Below are positions 13,501 through 29,590 of a DNA stretch of 64,000 bases, one piece after another (the stretch's first letter is position 1; every line of letters begins with the position of its first letter). The translations under genes were made by a program, and so were the position numbers. Source of the stretch: the human T2T-CHM13v2.0 reference genome, Homo sapiens; NCBI RefSeq assembly GCF_009914755.1, contig NC_060934.1; one strand, given 5' to 3'. Under the pieces are notes generated by a model. That model was not told the DNA's origin and made no database searches. It saw only the letters and a list, made by a program, of their open reading frames with translations.

Positions 13501-14950
13501 TATATAGCTACAGTAGTCAATGCTTTGTGATATTGGCCAAGGAATAAACAAACAGCCCAATAAAATAGAATCATGAAACTAGAAATAGCCATACACAAGT
13601 ACAGCAAATTGATTTTTCACAAATATGCAGAAGTAATCCAATGGAGGAACAAATAGTGCTAGAGCAACTGGATATCAATAGGCAAAAAGTAGGAACTTTG
13701 AGAAAAGTCTCACACTTCATAAAAAGTTAACTCAGAATGGATCATAAATACAAAATCAAATGTAAAATATAAAACGTTTAGGAAAATAGCAGAAAAGAAA
13801 TTTTGGACCTAGAACTCGTTGAACCATTCTTAGACACAAAAAGCATGACACATAAAAGAAAAAATAGATAAAGCTTACTTCATTAGCTACAAACTGCAAG
13901 AAAATATTTACGAAACTAATATCTGAAAAGGTCTCATATATAGAATGTATAAACAACTCTTAATAATTAACAGTAAACTACTATACAAAAAATCCTATTA
14001 GAAAATAGGCAAAAAACATGATGAGTCATTTCACTGAAGAGTATGTACAGACAGCAAATAAACACATGAAAAGATGTTTGACATCACTGGCTATTAGAAT
14101 GAAGATCATAATATCACTACACACTGATTAGAACATCTAAAATAAAAAATAGTGAAAATATCAAATGTTGGTCAGAGTGTTGAATAACTAGATACATTGC
14201 TGGTGGGAATGTAAAATTGCTCTGGAAAATAGTTTGGCAGTTTCCTAAAAACTATGCATCACATACCATAACCTAGCAATCACACTTGTGGGTGTTTCTC
14301 TTAGAGAAATTAAAATTTATGACTACACAAAAATCTGTACCCAATTGTTCATAGAAGCATTATTTGTAATAGCCCCAAACTGGAAAAAACAGAATGTCCT
14401 ACCATAGTCAAATGTATAAACAATGGTATATCCTACCATGGAATACTAATTAGCAATAAAAAAGAATAAACTATCAATATATCCAACTTGGATGGATCTC
14501 TAAGGCATTATGCTGAGTTTTTAAAAAGCCAATCTCAAAAGGTCCTACACTGTGTAATTCCATTTATAAAACACTGTATAATAACAAAATTATAGAAATG
14601 GAGAATAGATTTGCATTTGCCGAGGGTTAGGCACGGGGCAGGGGCAGGTGGTAGGGGTAGGGAGGGGCAGGTGTGATTGGAAAGTGGTAGCACAAGGGAG
14701 ATATTTGTAGTGATGGAATATTTCTGTATCGTTTTTGTGTTGGTGATTACACAAACCCATATATGTGATAAAACTATATACATAATTTATGTCAATATGT
14801 CAATGTCCTTGTTTTGATATCTTGCTATATAGTTACACATGATGCAACCTATATAGGAAACTGGGCAAAGGGTACAAAGAACCTCTCTGTGCTGTCTTTG
14901 CTACTTCCTTTGAATCTATAATTATTTCAAAATTAAAAGTTTTTTTAAAA
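10560..14950 (+). mobile_element. Old L1 (L1MD/L1MC-like), inter-ORF region to 3' end
   Basis: Decayed ORF2 from EN to C-terminus; 3' end GGAAACTGGGCAAAGGGTACAAAGAACCTCTCTGT...CAAAATTAAAAGTT. Confidence 0.8.
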
Positions 14951-16044
14951 ATTTAGTTTCTAGTCTTTGAGAGGTATTCCTGGGACGAAAATGAGAGAAG
15001 ATGGATAGGCTTTCCCATATAGCATAAACAGCTGAACTAAAATTAAAAGCAGTTATCAAGTAGATTCAGTCAGTTTTATTTTTACAAGTGTTAGGTTTAA
15101 TATAAAAGTCAGAAACTAAATAAAATGAACAGTCAATACTTCTAAAGGAGTTGTCAAATTAGAAAGAGCTTGTTTCTACAAAAGACAACATAATTATCAC
15201 AAATAGTGATTATCATATCTCTGCTATGCACCAAACAAAAATTATTTTTCTCTTCCCAGTTGTAAGCCAACTGCCATACTAACCGTCTTGCCAACTTTGT
15301 ATTTTCTTTGCATATTCCTTTTCTCCTGAGCCCCCAGTACTGCACTTAAAATTGCCAAGGAGGAAGGGAGACTTAGAAACTGCAAGAGGCTAAATAAACA
15401 TTTGCCTGTGACTATTCCACAGCATAAATTATATAATCACTAGGTATTCAATGATTCTAATTTAATACTGCTAAAGAGGGCAGGTGATCATAACGCACAT
15501 TTTAGAAATATCAATTGTGGGTCACCTGAAAAAGTTTCAGTCATTCTTAAATGCAATTACCAATATCATTATAACATAAATGCACTCAGACAAAACTAAA
15601 CTCATTAAAATGGAATTCTGCAAGAGTGTAACTTACCTAGCTTTCTTGGTTTTTTTTCACACTGGACGCTAGAATCTTTACCCTTATAATTAGATAAGGT
15701 TCACCCACTTCAGATCTCTGTTATAAGTGTTTAATTTATATACACTGGTTTAATTTTTAACCCGAGACTTAAAGAACATGAAAGATTTGCAGGGATTAAC
15801 TAAATCTATTCTTTGTAATAGAATCCATTAATAATTTTCTCTACATCTTTCTACCTACTAACATCAGTTTTGGATTCTTTCTAATAAAGCTGTAACTAAC
15901 AACTCTTGACCATTATGGCTAAGGAGACAGTCTAACTCATCCTAGAATACCCTCTAGGCTATTCCCTACATTTGTTGTTAGGGTAATTCAGATCCTTTAT
16001 GTTCTTCTCAAAGTAAAGTCTTTGCCTAAAAAATTGTATAGTAT

Positions 16045-16950
<906 letters not shown>

Positions 16951-17135
16951 TATAGAAAATTTCATTCCTTTCCAATATACAAGTATAAAATGCCACTTGC
17001 TTATTTTACTGGATAACCCTAGGAATGACAGCATGGTGAGGTAGCTCTAGATATCCCTGACCTAAGTATTCTCTCTCCTTTCTTTTATTACCCCAACAGT
17101 AGCATTTTTAAAGTTATAAAAATATAGAGGTTATC

Positions 17136-17432
17136 GGCCGAGTATAGTGGCTCACGCCTATAATCCCAACAGTTTGGAAGGCCAAGGCAGGTAAATCACC
17201 TGAGGTCAGGAGTTCCAGACCACCCTGGCCAACATGGTGAAACCCCATCTCTACTTAAAAAATACAAAAAAATTAGCTGGGCATTCTGGCTCACACCTGC
17301 AATCCCAGCTACTCAGGAGGTTGAGGCAGGAGAATTGCTTGAACTGGGGGCCAGGGATTGCAGTGAGCCGAGACGGCGTCACTGCACTTCAGCCTAGGCA
17401 ACAGAGTGAGACTCCATCTCAAAATAAAAAAA
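17136..17432 (+). mobile_element. Alu (AluS)
   Basis: Dimer with AGGTTATC TSD. Confidence 0.93.
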
Positions 17433-17462
17433 GGTTATCCAACATTAAAAACATCATGATGT

Positions 17463-20070
17463 AGCCAAATTCTATTAATACCAGATGTACAAAGAAGAGC
17501 TGGTACCATTCCTACAGAGACTATTCCTTAAAATTCAGGAGGAGGAACTTTTCCCCAACTCATTCTACAAGGCCAGCATCATCTGGATACCAAAACCTAG
17601 CAGAGACACAACAAAAAAAGAAAACTTCAGAGCTATATCCTTGATGAATATCAAGACAAAAGCCCTCAACAAAATACTGGCAAACCGAATCCAGCAGCAC
17701 ATCAAAAAGATAATCCACCATGATCAAGTAGACTTCATCCCCAGAATGCAAGGTTGGTTCAACATACACAAAGCAATAAATATCACTCATCACATAAAAA
17801 GAACAAAAGACAAAAACCACTATTATCTCAATAGCCACAGAAAAGGCTTTTGATAAAATTCAACACCCGTTCATGTTAAAAACTTCTAATAAGCTAAGTA
17901 TTGAAGGAACATACATCAAAATAATAAGAGCCATCTATGACAAACCTACAGCCAACATTATACTGAAAGGGCAAAAGCTGCAAGCATTCCCCCTTGAAAA
18001 CTGGCACAAGATAAGAATGCTCTCTTGCCACTTCTATTCAACATCATATTAGAAGTCTAAGCCAAAGCAATCACGCAAGAGAAAGAAATAAAGGGCATCC
18101 AAATAGGAAGAGAGGAAGTCAAACTATCTCTGTTAGCAGATGACATGATTCTATATGTAGAAAACCCCATACCCATAGTCTTAGCTCAAAAGCTCCTTCA
18201 GCTAATAAACAACTTTAACAAAATTTTAGTAAACAAAATTGACTTACAAAAATCACTAGTATTCCTACACACCAATAACAGCCAAACTGAGAGAAAAATC
18301 ATAAAGGCAATCTGATTCACAATTGCCACAAAAAGACTAAAATGCTTATGAACACAGCTTACCAGAAAGGAGAAAGATCTCTATAACAAGAATTACAAAA
18401 TGCTGCTCAAAGAAATCAGTGAAGACGCAAACAAATGGAAAAACATCCAATGCTCATAGATAGGAAGAATCAGTATCATTAAAATGGCCATACTGCCCAA
18501 AGCAATTTACAGATTCATTGCTATCCTATCAAACTACCAATGACATTCTTTACAGAACTAGAGAAAATGATTTTAAAATTCATTTGGAACCAAAATGAGC
18601 CTGAATAGCCAAGGCAATCCTAAGCAAAAAAAAACAAAGCTGGAAGCATCACGTTACCCAACTTCAAACTATACTACAGAACACAGTTACCAAAACAGCA
18701 TGGTACAAAAAAAGACACGTAGACCAGTGGAACAGAAGAGAGGCCCAGAAATAAGGCCACACATCTGCGACCATCTGATCTTTTGACAAAGCTGACAAAA
18801 AATAACAATTGGGAAAAGACTCCCTATTCAATAAATGATGCTGGGATAACTGGCCAGCCATGCACAGACGATTGACTCTGGACCCCTTCCTTACACCATA
18901 TACAAAAATCAAGTCAAGATGAATTAAAGACTTAAATGTAAAAACCAAAACTATAAAAACACTGGAAGAAAACCTAGGAAATACCATCCTGGACATAGGA
19001 ATGGGCAAAGATGTCAGGACAAAGACACCAAAAGCAATCACAACAAAAGCAAAATTTGATTAAACCTAAGAGCTTCCACACAGCAAAGGAAACTATCAAC
19101 AGAGTAAACAGACAACCTACAGATGGGAGAAAATATTTGCAAACTATGCATCTGACAAAGGTCTGATATAAGAAACTTATAAGCATCTATAAGAGACTTA
19201 AACAAATTGACAAAAGAAAAACAACCCCATTAAAAAGCAGGTAAAGGATATGAACACACTTTTCAAAAGAAGACATAGATGTGGCCAACTAGCACATAAA
19301 GAAAAGCTCAATAACACTGATCATTAGAGAAACGCAAATCAAAACCACAGTGAGATACCATCTCACACCAGTCAAAATGGCTATTACTAAAAAGTCAAAA
19401 AATAACAGATGCTGGCAAGGTTGCAGAGAAAAGGAAGCACTTATATACTGTTGGTAGGAGTGTAAGTTAATTCAGCCATTGTGGAAAGCAGTATGGTAAT
19501 TCCTCAAAGAACTAAAAGCAGAACTGCCATTCGACCCAGTAATCCCATTACTGGGTACATACCCAAAGGAATATAAATCATTCTATCATAAAGACACATG
19601 TACACGAATGTTCATTGCAGCATGATTCACAGCAAAAACATGGAATCAACCTAAATGTCCATCAATGACAGATTTGATGAAGAAAACAAGGCACATATTC
19701 ACCATGGAATATTATGCAGCTATAAAAAATAATGAGATCGTGTCTTTTGTGGGAACGTGGATGGAGCTGGAGGCTATTATCCTTAGTATACTAACACAGA
19801 AACAGAAAACCAAATACCACATATTCTCACTTCTAAGTGGGAGCTAAATGACAAGAACTTATAAACACAAAGAAGAAAACAGTAAACACTGGACTCTTCT
19901 TGAGGGTGGAGGGTGGGAAAAGGGAGAGGAGCAGAAAAGATAACTACTGGGTACCAGGCTTAATACTTGGGTGATTAAATAATCTGTACAACAAACTCCC
20001 ATGCCACAAGTTTACCTATGTAATAAACCTTCACATGTACCCCTGTATCTAAAAAAAGGTTAAAAAAACC
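17463..20070 (+). mobile_element. 5'-truncated L1PA15-like element
   Basis: Decayed RT to C-terminal ORF2 ([10 protein letters not shown]...); 3'UTR GCAGAAAAGATAACTACTGGGTAC...AACCTTCACATGTACCCC. Confidence 0.85.
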
Positions 20071-20109
20071 ACAAACACTATAATGGAGAAGGCAATTCTG
20101 CATAGTGCT

Positions 20110-20419
20110 ATGCTGTCTACCATGGCAGCCACTGGCCACATGTCGCTATTGAACACGAAATATGGTTAGTCCAGCTACACTATAAATGTAAAATACACAT
20201 CAAATTTCAAGGACTTATAACTAAAACAGAATGTAAGATATCTCATTATGATGTTTATATTGATTGCATATTGAAATGATGATATTTTGCATACACTGAC
20301 TTAACTAAAATTAATTTCACCTGTTCCTTTTACTGTATGTAGCTACTAGAAAATTTAAAATTATCTATTTGGCTCACATATTATTGTAGTTTGCATAATA
20401 TTTCCATAAGATAGTGCTG
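20110..20419 (-). mobile_element. MER33 (hAT-Charlie)
   Basis: GCCACTGGCCACATGT...TTTCACCTGTT...CTACTAGAAAATTTAAAATTA is the reverse complement of MER33. Confidence 0.7.
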
Positions 20420-20531
20420 GCTAATAAAATAAACTGAATCATATTTTCCAGTATATAGTACCACAAAAGGTCATGGTTTTTGTACCATTAAATGGTTTTC
20501 AGGCATTTTAATTGCTTCTTGCTAAATCTTA

Positions 20532-21066
<535 letters not shown>

Positions 21067-21249
21067 GATAAATTAATATATTTCAATGGAAATTGATTTA
21101 TGAATATAAGACAGCCAAGATGATATGAGGGACTCATAACTGATTAACATTGAAGAAAAATAGGCAAAAATTAAAATTCAGCTTGTTTTAGAAGGAAAAA
21201 AATATTGGGAGTTTATCAAATATTTAAAAGAAACACATTTGCAAACTAA

Positions 21250-21655
21250 TGGCCAGTACTTAGTCTCATATCCTTCCTTTCTTTCTTCCCTCTACTTTTC
21301 CTCCAAACTGAACTTCATATATTTCCTACAACAAACAACCTATGTGATTCCTGCTCTGTGCCTTTGCACAGGCTCTTACCCCTTTCTGGAATTCCCAACT
21401 CCCTCAACTGTCTAATGAGTACCTACTTCTCCTTCAAAAGCCAGCTTAAGAGCTTTCTCTCCTCTGAAGCCTGATCCACCCCAGGGGAGTTAACCACTTA
21501 CTACTTGGTGCTCTTATAGTACTTAGCATTCATCAGTATTACAGTTTTTATCATGTTCCATTTCACGTACTTGTCTGTTTGATTCTCCTTGACAACTAAG
21601 ACTGCAGTTGTTAGTACTTTGAAACCACCACTTCTTAGCACAGTGTTTATAGAAG
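21250..21655 (+). mobile_element. L2 fragment
   Basis: TGCCTTTGCACAGGCT, CCTACTTCTCCTTCAA and TAGCACAGTG motifs. Confidence 0.55.
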
Positions 21656-21976
21656 AATTATGTAACTAGAAATGCAGTAACACCAATAGCATTTTAATTT
21701 AAATTTTACAGTTTAGCTATCTGTTATAGCCCATACAAAATCTGTCATAAAAATGTGTTAAATCTCTCTCAAAATCCATCATATGTATTCTTGTGTTTAT
21801 TATATATATACATATGTATAATACATACATATATATACACACACACACTATAGTCATATAGTCATATAGTTTCTAGGTGGCCATACCTCTCAGTTTGCTT
21901 GAGATGCCTTTTGTAGATCAATTAAGGTCTGTTGACCATTTTATGAATCTTTGTCTCTCAGAAGTAACGCAGTTTT

Positions 21977-22277
21977 GGCCGGGCACGGTGGCTCACGCCT
22001 GTAATCCCAGCACTTTGGGAGGCCGAGGCAGGCAGATCATCTGAGGTCAGGAGTTCAAGACCAGCTTGGCCAATGTGATGAAACCCTGTCTCTACTAAAA
22101 AATACAAAAATTAGCCAGCTATGGTGGTGCACACATGTAATCCCAGCTGCTCGAAAGGCTGAGGCAGGAGAACCACTTGAACCCAGGAGGCGGAGGTTGC
22201 AGCGAGCCAAGATTATGTTACTGCACTCCAGCCTAGGTGACAGAGCCAGACCCCATCTCAGGAAAAAAAAAAAAAAA
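21977..22277 (+). mobile_element. Alu (AluSx)
   Basis: Full dimer with A tail. Confidence 0.94.
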
Positions 22278-22452
22278 TGTATCCCGGTTTGGATAACAAA
22301 TTACATGTTTCTCCTAATAATTTTCTAAACATTACCAATAGTAAATTAAATTCTCTGTGAAGCCAAATATTCTGACTATAGTTGCTAACACAGGATAATA
22401 TTTCATTGTTCAAGGGCTATAAAAACAACCTTTTGATTTTTGCTATTAACTG

Positions 22453-22873
22453 TTGTAGTGAATAATGTGGTGCTTCACCCAGATTTCCTTTATAAGGGAT
22501 TCCCTTTTCAGCTGGAAATACCAGCTGTGATGGCTCACATCTCTTTTCCTCACTGGGAACAGTCCTCAGTTGCAGGAACCTGCCTCATCCAAAGTTACAG
22601 AGCTCCTGGGATGATATGCCATCAATGATTGACAGTTGCAGGAATTCTAAGGGTCCATTCCCCCGTTTCAATATGAGACAATTCTGAAAGGCCATCCCAG
22701 CTCCAACACTCCCCATAGGACAGCTAAGATTTCCATTGTAAGTTGGCTTCTCTGCCAATCTGCCTTTCTTTATATGTTTCCTTATATGTTTATTTTCTGA
22801 AAGACTGTCCCAACAAAACTTTTTTGTACTCAAATTTACTTTCAAGTCTGTTCTAGTGTATATGATCTAAGAC
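22453..22873 (+). mobile_element. LTR16-like ERVL solo LTR
   Basis: TGTAGTGAATAATGTGGTGC start, GACAATTCTGAAAGGCCATCCCAGCTCCA, end CTAAGACA. Confidence 0.55.
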
Positions 22874-24356
22874 AACAATCACTCTTCATTCTACCATCAG
22901 CTCCCACCTAGGAACTCTACTAGGCTCAGGACCCTTATATTTCGTCCAAGTTAGAACTAATACTTCATGCCAGGATTCTTGATTCTTACTATATTCCTGT
23001 CATTTCTACCATTTGACCTAGTTTTATTTTATGTAACAAACAACTCTGAGTAAAGTTTAATGTTAAAAAACCATAGCAGGAACTTCTAACATATGAGGAA
23101 TGCCTAAACACTAGGGAGTAAAGGAACCCACTTCTTGGGAAAGGATCAGTTGGAACAATCCACAAAGTGAATGACTGACCTGCCCCACAGGTATTAGAAA
23201 TCATGGCTGCCTCTGCTGGAAGGCAAATGACAAAGGGCTCTCAGGCTTTAAGCTCTCTGGCCAAGAGGATGTAACCTTTAGGGACTTTGACCTCTGTATT
23301 GCTCTCTGCTTTTCACCTCTGTATTGATTGCTCTCTGCAAGACTTAAGTTTTGACACTTTGGAATATTCTCCATTACTTTATAGTTACTTTTATTTTACA
23401 AAAATTATTTCATTCTCCTCCTGTGCTCTGGCTCTATCTGATTAGTTTCCCTTTTATTAAAAAAGATAAAAATGGCTGCCTACTTTTTATTATTTCAGCT
23501 TTTCTTACTAGTTCCGCAATCACATAGCTTGCATTTCTGTAGGATTCTCACAATTAATTTTTATTATTAAGAGAGATTAGTACATTAGAGCACAAAGAAG
23601 AGATATATGAGAATAGTCTGTTTCCTCAATAGAGGAACCCAGATGCCTCCTTTTCCCCAATGAGCACTGCACAAGCTCCTCTTAAACCCCAAAGTGGATA
23701 TTCTATGCCAGATCTACGTGACACCAAACTTAACTTGTCAAGAAGGATTTGGAATCATTATTTAACAGTCATCTATGGAATTAAGGAACATTTAGTAGAG
23801 GAATAAGACTAGGAACCCAGAGCAGCTCAGAAAAATAATAGCTGAAACAATAAAGTTATTTCCAAAACAATTCACATATGCAAATACCTGTGTAATACTT
23901 AGTCCTTAATTTAGGCACAGAAAAGAAATCAGAGAAAAAAAAAGCATTTTGCCAACTTAACCAGATCCCCACTATTTATTATTTCTCTCAACTCCCAGCT
24001 TGTTGAATCATCAGCTCCTATATTCCAGCTTCAATATCTAAATCCAGCCTCTTTCATTGGGATGATTCCTTTATATCTTCTTGGACTTTGACTTTATGCT
24101 CTAATCAATCTGACCTTGGTTGATATCTCTGTTTTTGGCATATCCACTCTTGCACAGACCTATATAGGATACTATTTATTTCTTTTAAGTTATCCAGATA
24201 TCTGTAAACTGAAAAACATTATCTCTAACCAAATCAACCACTCAAAAATCAGTTACCACTACATAATAATGAAAACGGTTAAGAATATAAAAATGTAAAG
24301 CATCTAGTACAGTACATTTGAGCTGATAATGACAATTCTCATATGCAGTCCATGCC

Positions 24357-24458
24357 AAAAAAAAAAAAAAAAGAAAGGAAGGGAGGGAGGAAGGGAAGAA
24401 GGAAGGGATGGAGGGAAAGGGAGGAAGGGAGGGAGGGAGGGAGGGAAAGAAGGAAAAA
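24357..24458. repeat. Poly-A plus (GGAA/GGGA)n purine tract
   Basis: Seen directly. Confidence 0.9.
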
Positions 24459-25850
24459 CATAGGCTGAAAACTGCCTTTACATTTTTAGAATTTTAATTC
24501 TAACCTGTCTCTTGTATTCAAAAAGCCATTGCATATTGTTCCTCCCAACTGTTTTACCATATCATCATAGGAAATAAAAATAAATTAATTAATTAAGGCT
24601 GGAATTATTTCCAAAATGCATTTTCAGGAGTGAGATGGAGGTCTATACAAAAGGAAAAATCCCATAACATCTCTTTTCGTGTAGGCTTTATATGAATTTT
24701 CAGAATTTCCCAAGACATGGAATGCATTAAACTCAAGACACACAATAAAACAGGTTTCTGAATAACAAAGCCAGTCCATTTGATTCTTTATTCACTCAGC
24801 AAATACGTAATGAGAACCAACAATGTGCTTCCACATAAAACACCAAGAGAAGAAACAAGTGGGTGGATGAGAGGTCCAGAAATGCAAATTAGTTCCTGCA
24901 TGGAGCTCAGATCTGACTTGTTTACTCTAGCAGCATTATCTCTCACTCAGTTCTAATAATCCCCTATAGTCATGTATCACCTGAATATTAACTTTACTAA
25001 TAATTATATGTTACCTATCTAACACATCCAACCCAACTACAACAATATGATTTCAACCCAGTCCCAGAAAAATATCCATGCTTGGTGTTATCTTAGAACT
25101 CAGACATGATGGCTGCCTACCTACAATTCTATTTTCACCAATTACAGAAAGATCACCATGTAAAAATAATTGATTTCCTGAAGATCATTCCTTTTTCACA
25201 GGGCCTCGTTGCTCTGCCCCATTTATGAAAAAATTCCTTAATTATGTTATACATCAGAGAAGATGAACTAGGTCTAACCAGTCATAGAGATATAACAAAA
25301 TCAGCAGAAATATCTTAGAAATATATATATCCCTAAGTTTTAAAAGACAAAAGCTATATTTTTTCTGATCCTAAATGTTTCCTGGAGTGTATTTTTAATG
25401 AATAAAAATCCTGTTCTAGAATAGGGCTGGATGTGGATCCAAATGCAGAGATTAAGATAAAAAAGAATTTATTTCTGGATATTTACATTGATTTCCAGAA
25501 GAGATTTAATGCTTTGCAAAATAAGACCTTTTATAACAGGCAGTCCATTGTATAAATGTAGTAGATGCTTGAAACTCATTTCAGTTAATGTCAGAGAGGC
25601 TGTTTCTCCATTACATGGCATATACAACATGCAATCATTTCATTCACTCTTTCATCCAAAAATACAATTCAGCTTTTTCTAAATTCTATGCATTGTGCCT
25701 GAGGCTTGGGATAAAACTAAACAAAACAGACATGTGATCTGCCTGCACAGAACTTAAAGTGTATGAGGGATGCTGTCTATAATGGATTCGAAATGAAAGG
25801 ATTGATAATGATTCCACCAAAGAGACTAGGGAAGACTAGTATTGATATAA

Positions 25851-26347
25851 TGTTGTGAGTCTCCCAGAGATGTCCACATTCAAATTCCCAGAACCTATGA
25901 ATATGTTACCTGACATGGCAAGAGGGATTTTGCAGATGTAATTAAGGTTAAGGGCCTTCAGATGGGAGGATTATCCTGGATAATCTGGGTGGCTCCCACT
26001 AATCACATGAGTCCTAAAAAGAAGAGAATCTTTCCAAGGTGTGGTCAGAGAAAGAGATGTGAGGTTGGAAGCAGGGTCAGAGAAACATGACGTTGCTGGC
26101 TTAGAAGATGGAGGCAGAGGGCCATGAGCCAAGGAATGAGGGTGACCTCTAGAAACTGGAAAAGGCAAAAATAATGGACTCTTCCCTAGAGACTCCAGAA
26201 AATAATGCATTCCTCCAACAATTTGATTTTTACTCCAGTGAGGCCCAGGTCAGACTTTTGATTACAGAGCTGAAAGACAGAAATTTGTGTGGTTTAAGAC
26301 ACTAAGTGTGTGGTAATTTGTTACAGCAGCAATAGAAAACTAACCAA
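25851..26347 (+). mobile_element. MLT1D-like MaLR LTR
   Basis: GAATATGTTACCTGACATGGCAA...TTTGCAGATGTAATTAAG...GGTAATTTGTTACAGCAGCAATAGAAAACTAA. Confidence 0.8.
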
Positions 26348-27199
26348 ACATATATACATATGTATCCACTCATATAAATTTAACAGGACAGTATATATTA
26401 GGGCAAACATACATAATCAATAGTGTTAAGTGGTTGTCTGTTTTGTCCGTTATAGACCCATCTCATCTCATTTCTTGCTAATTTCTTCTTAATGTGACAA
26501 GACATTGAACTTATTGAACGTTGAGATTCCATTTTAAAAAATGATCAAGACTTGCTGATCTGTTTAAGGAACTGAATTTATTTAGACTCAGAGGAGTCAT
26601 ATGGTTGTGTGGACTGAGCCTGAGACAAACATAAGCTGCATTCATTTCTCATTGCGGAACTGCTCTGGCTGGACGCAACAGATTTGCAAAATTTAAGCCA
26701 ATCTCTGAAGTCCCCTTCACCTAAAAGACTCACAGGTTTTGATGAATTAATCACTTTCAGTTTTCATGCTTATCATCAAGCATTTGCTCCATCAGCACAG
26801 CTCAATTACAAAAGCTACTGACTGATCTGAAAAACAACTGGGTCCACCAAAGGAGACACAGTATTCCTTAAAATAGAAAGATGAGGACTTAAGTATTAGA
26901 GCCATCCCAAGTCTTTGAGCAAACGGCGAGCAAGGTTTGAGTTCAGCTAGTTCCAGAAAAATGCATTCCCTTTCATTAAAACTGATGCAACAGCTATAAA
27001 GAAGCATTATTTGTGATAGAAACCTGGAGTGACAGAAAACCTGGGGATGAGATACAATAATACACTCCACAGTTTTCCAGGTTGGTTCCTGCTACTTAAT
27101 TACACTTAATTACAATATTCATTAGTTCAGTCCAATTTGCTCAGTTTAAGAAAACCATAAAATCACCATTATTTTGATGTGATATGTGTTTATTATACA

Positions 27200-27868
27200 C
27201 AGGGCCAGCTTCAGGGACCTGCTACTGCACATAGGATCCCAATTTTAGACAGGGGTCCCAGGCTTGGGTTTTCATGCTCTGCTACCACAGTCTTGAATTT
27301 TTTAACAATTTTACCTGTGAATCTGTGTAGTCCAATGCAGCAATGAAGCACATGTCTTGGCTCATATGCAGTCCTGCCTCCGAGTGACTTCCTGGGATAG
27401 GTCCTCAGCCACCTGTTCTCCCACCCAGTGATTACTGCCACCCTTTATTCCTTGTGGGGGCCTTGGCACACCCTGGGGTGGGTCAGGGTCATTTGGTGGG
27501 GCCACAGATGCCTGTGAGGGTCTGCAGTCACTTTATAAGTACCTCTATACTCTAGAAATCTAACATTAAATAGCAAATAAAAATAACCTTTCATAGGTCA
27601 TAGTCTCTCGTGACCTATATGTCACGAGACATATAGTCACTTTATAAGTACCTCTTTATATAGTCACTTTATAAGTACCTCTTTATATAGTCACTTTATA
27701 AGTACCTCTATACTCTAGAAATCTAACATTAAATAGCAAATAAAAATAACCTTTCATAGGTCACGAGAGACTGTGTAAGAAAGCTACAGTTCCTTTCTCC
27801 TGCTTTTTGAACAAGAAGCCTCACATTTTCATTTTGTATTAGGCCCCACAAATTACGTGGCCAACCTT
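27200..27868 (+). mobile_element. MER45-family hAT-Tip100 element
   Basis: CAGGGCCAGCTTCA start; CATTTTCATTTTGTATTAGGCCCCACAAATTACGTGGCC end. Confidence 0.7.
27526..27772. repeat. Complex local duplication: 75 bp x2, 27 bp x2 and a 17-bp inversion
   Basis: 27526-27600 is identical to 27689-27763; the filler between them is built from flanking sequence. Confidence 0.95.
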
Positions 27869-28837
27869 ACCTATGTATGTGGGTAAGTGTGCACATGTAT
27901 ATATATCTGAATTTGTACCTATAAAGAATAAAATAACTTTCTATTTTAGATAAATTGAACTTACAATTTTATAATTTCTAGGAAAAATAAATGTATATAT
28001 AACTTTACTATATTTTATCTGTAAAGATGAAAATAATAATTGTAACAGTTTGCATATCATGAAAGAAGGCATTTCAATAAAATATTATCTTCTAAGTTTT
28101 TTATGACTGATGAATTACCTTGAAAAATCTTTAAGAATATATTATATGCTAAAAATGGGGATATTCTAGCTTCAGGCATTCTAGCAGGACATGACAATAC
28201 TAAAATTTTCTTATTAAAGAAATCTACCTTACAACTTTGATTTATCGACAGGTGAGAGATTTCTGGTCAGGAACCAAAGTCATCAAATATTAAGAGTATG
28301 AAGATACATCAAATGTGTTGAAGGGTCTTCAAAATGCACCAAATAATTTTAGTGCATTTCAATTATTCACATAATTGAACAATCTCAAATATCTTAAATT
28401 CATACCTGAAAAGTCATACCCTTTGTAACTAATCATTCTCAAAACACACCTACATGAATCTTGAATTCTTCTATTTATAATAATGCAGATGAACAAAATA
28501 TTGCTATTATAACTTTCATTTTGTTTAGCTCTATTATTTAAGGAATCTTCATAATCAATATATAATTGAAAATATATTCAAGATTTTTCTCTTCACTTTA
28601 TAAATATTACCAAGATTTGAGGGGAACAATAGTTACAGACATTCCATAGATGAAGAGATATGTATTTCATATATATGTATAAATACAGTGAAACAAAATG
28701 GACTTTGAAACAAATATTTTTGCCCTAAATTTAGACATTTACAATATTTCTGATAGCTAAAACTTCAAAAAAAAAAAAAAAAAAAAAACTAGACACTGTC
28801 ACATTTGAAAAAGATTAAGAGCTGCCAAAACTACGTG

Positions 28838-29130
28838 GGTGCCTGTAATCCCAGCACTTTGGGAGGCCAAGGTGGGAGGGTCACTTGAGCCCAGTAGTTT
28901 GACACCAGTCTGGGCATTATGGCAAAACCCCATCTCTACAAAAACTACAAAAATTAGCTGGGCATGGTAACACACCTGTAGTCCAAGCTACTTGGGAGGC
29001 TGAGGTAGAAGGATCATATGAGCCCAGGAGTTCGAGGCTGCCATTAGCTGTGATTGCCCAACTGCACTTGAGCCTGGGCAACAGATCAAGACCCTGTCTA
29101 TCTCCATAAAACAACAACAACAAAAAAACA
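28838..29130 (+). mobile_element. Alu (AluJ)
   Basis: Dimer with J-type GAGCCCAG and a (CAA)n tail. Confidence 0.9.
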
Positions 29131-29590
29131 TAACAACCTGCATGGGCTCTTTACACACCTTCAAACATAGCTCATGATCCCTGTAATATCACTGTTATTG
29201 GATACTAACTTCTAATGGCCTTTCATTATTCACTAACTTGATCCTGAGCAATCTGCCCCTCTCTTTATCTTCTTTATATTTCTTAAATTGATGTGCAACT
29301 CTAGTTTCCTTTCTCCAATCCTGATTCCCTTCTTCAACTAATAGTGAGATACTTCCACAAACAAAACAATCACCTGTAAATACCCTTCTGGTTCTGATCT
29401 CATCCCTAGAAATTCCCAGGGTTGTTGTTCCCTGTAAATAACCAAGCAGAACTCACTTAGAAAATCAACCTATGTAAAATCACATACTCATTTGTAATTT
29501 ACCCTATTTTGTATACGGAAAGTATCTCAGCCTATATTCAAAGTACAAGGGAAGAGGGGCTAGGGATGGGAAGGCAAACCAGTCACCTAC

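Noticed and set aside
15631-15640. Consensus minus-strand donor TAG|GTAAGT
   Set aside because: No supporting acceptor or reading frame identified; such 9-mers are expected by chance in 64 kb.
27526-27763. CRISPR-like or regulatory repeat array
   Set aside because: Eukaryotic intron, no unique spacers; fully explained as copies of adjacent sequence.
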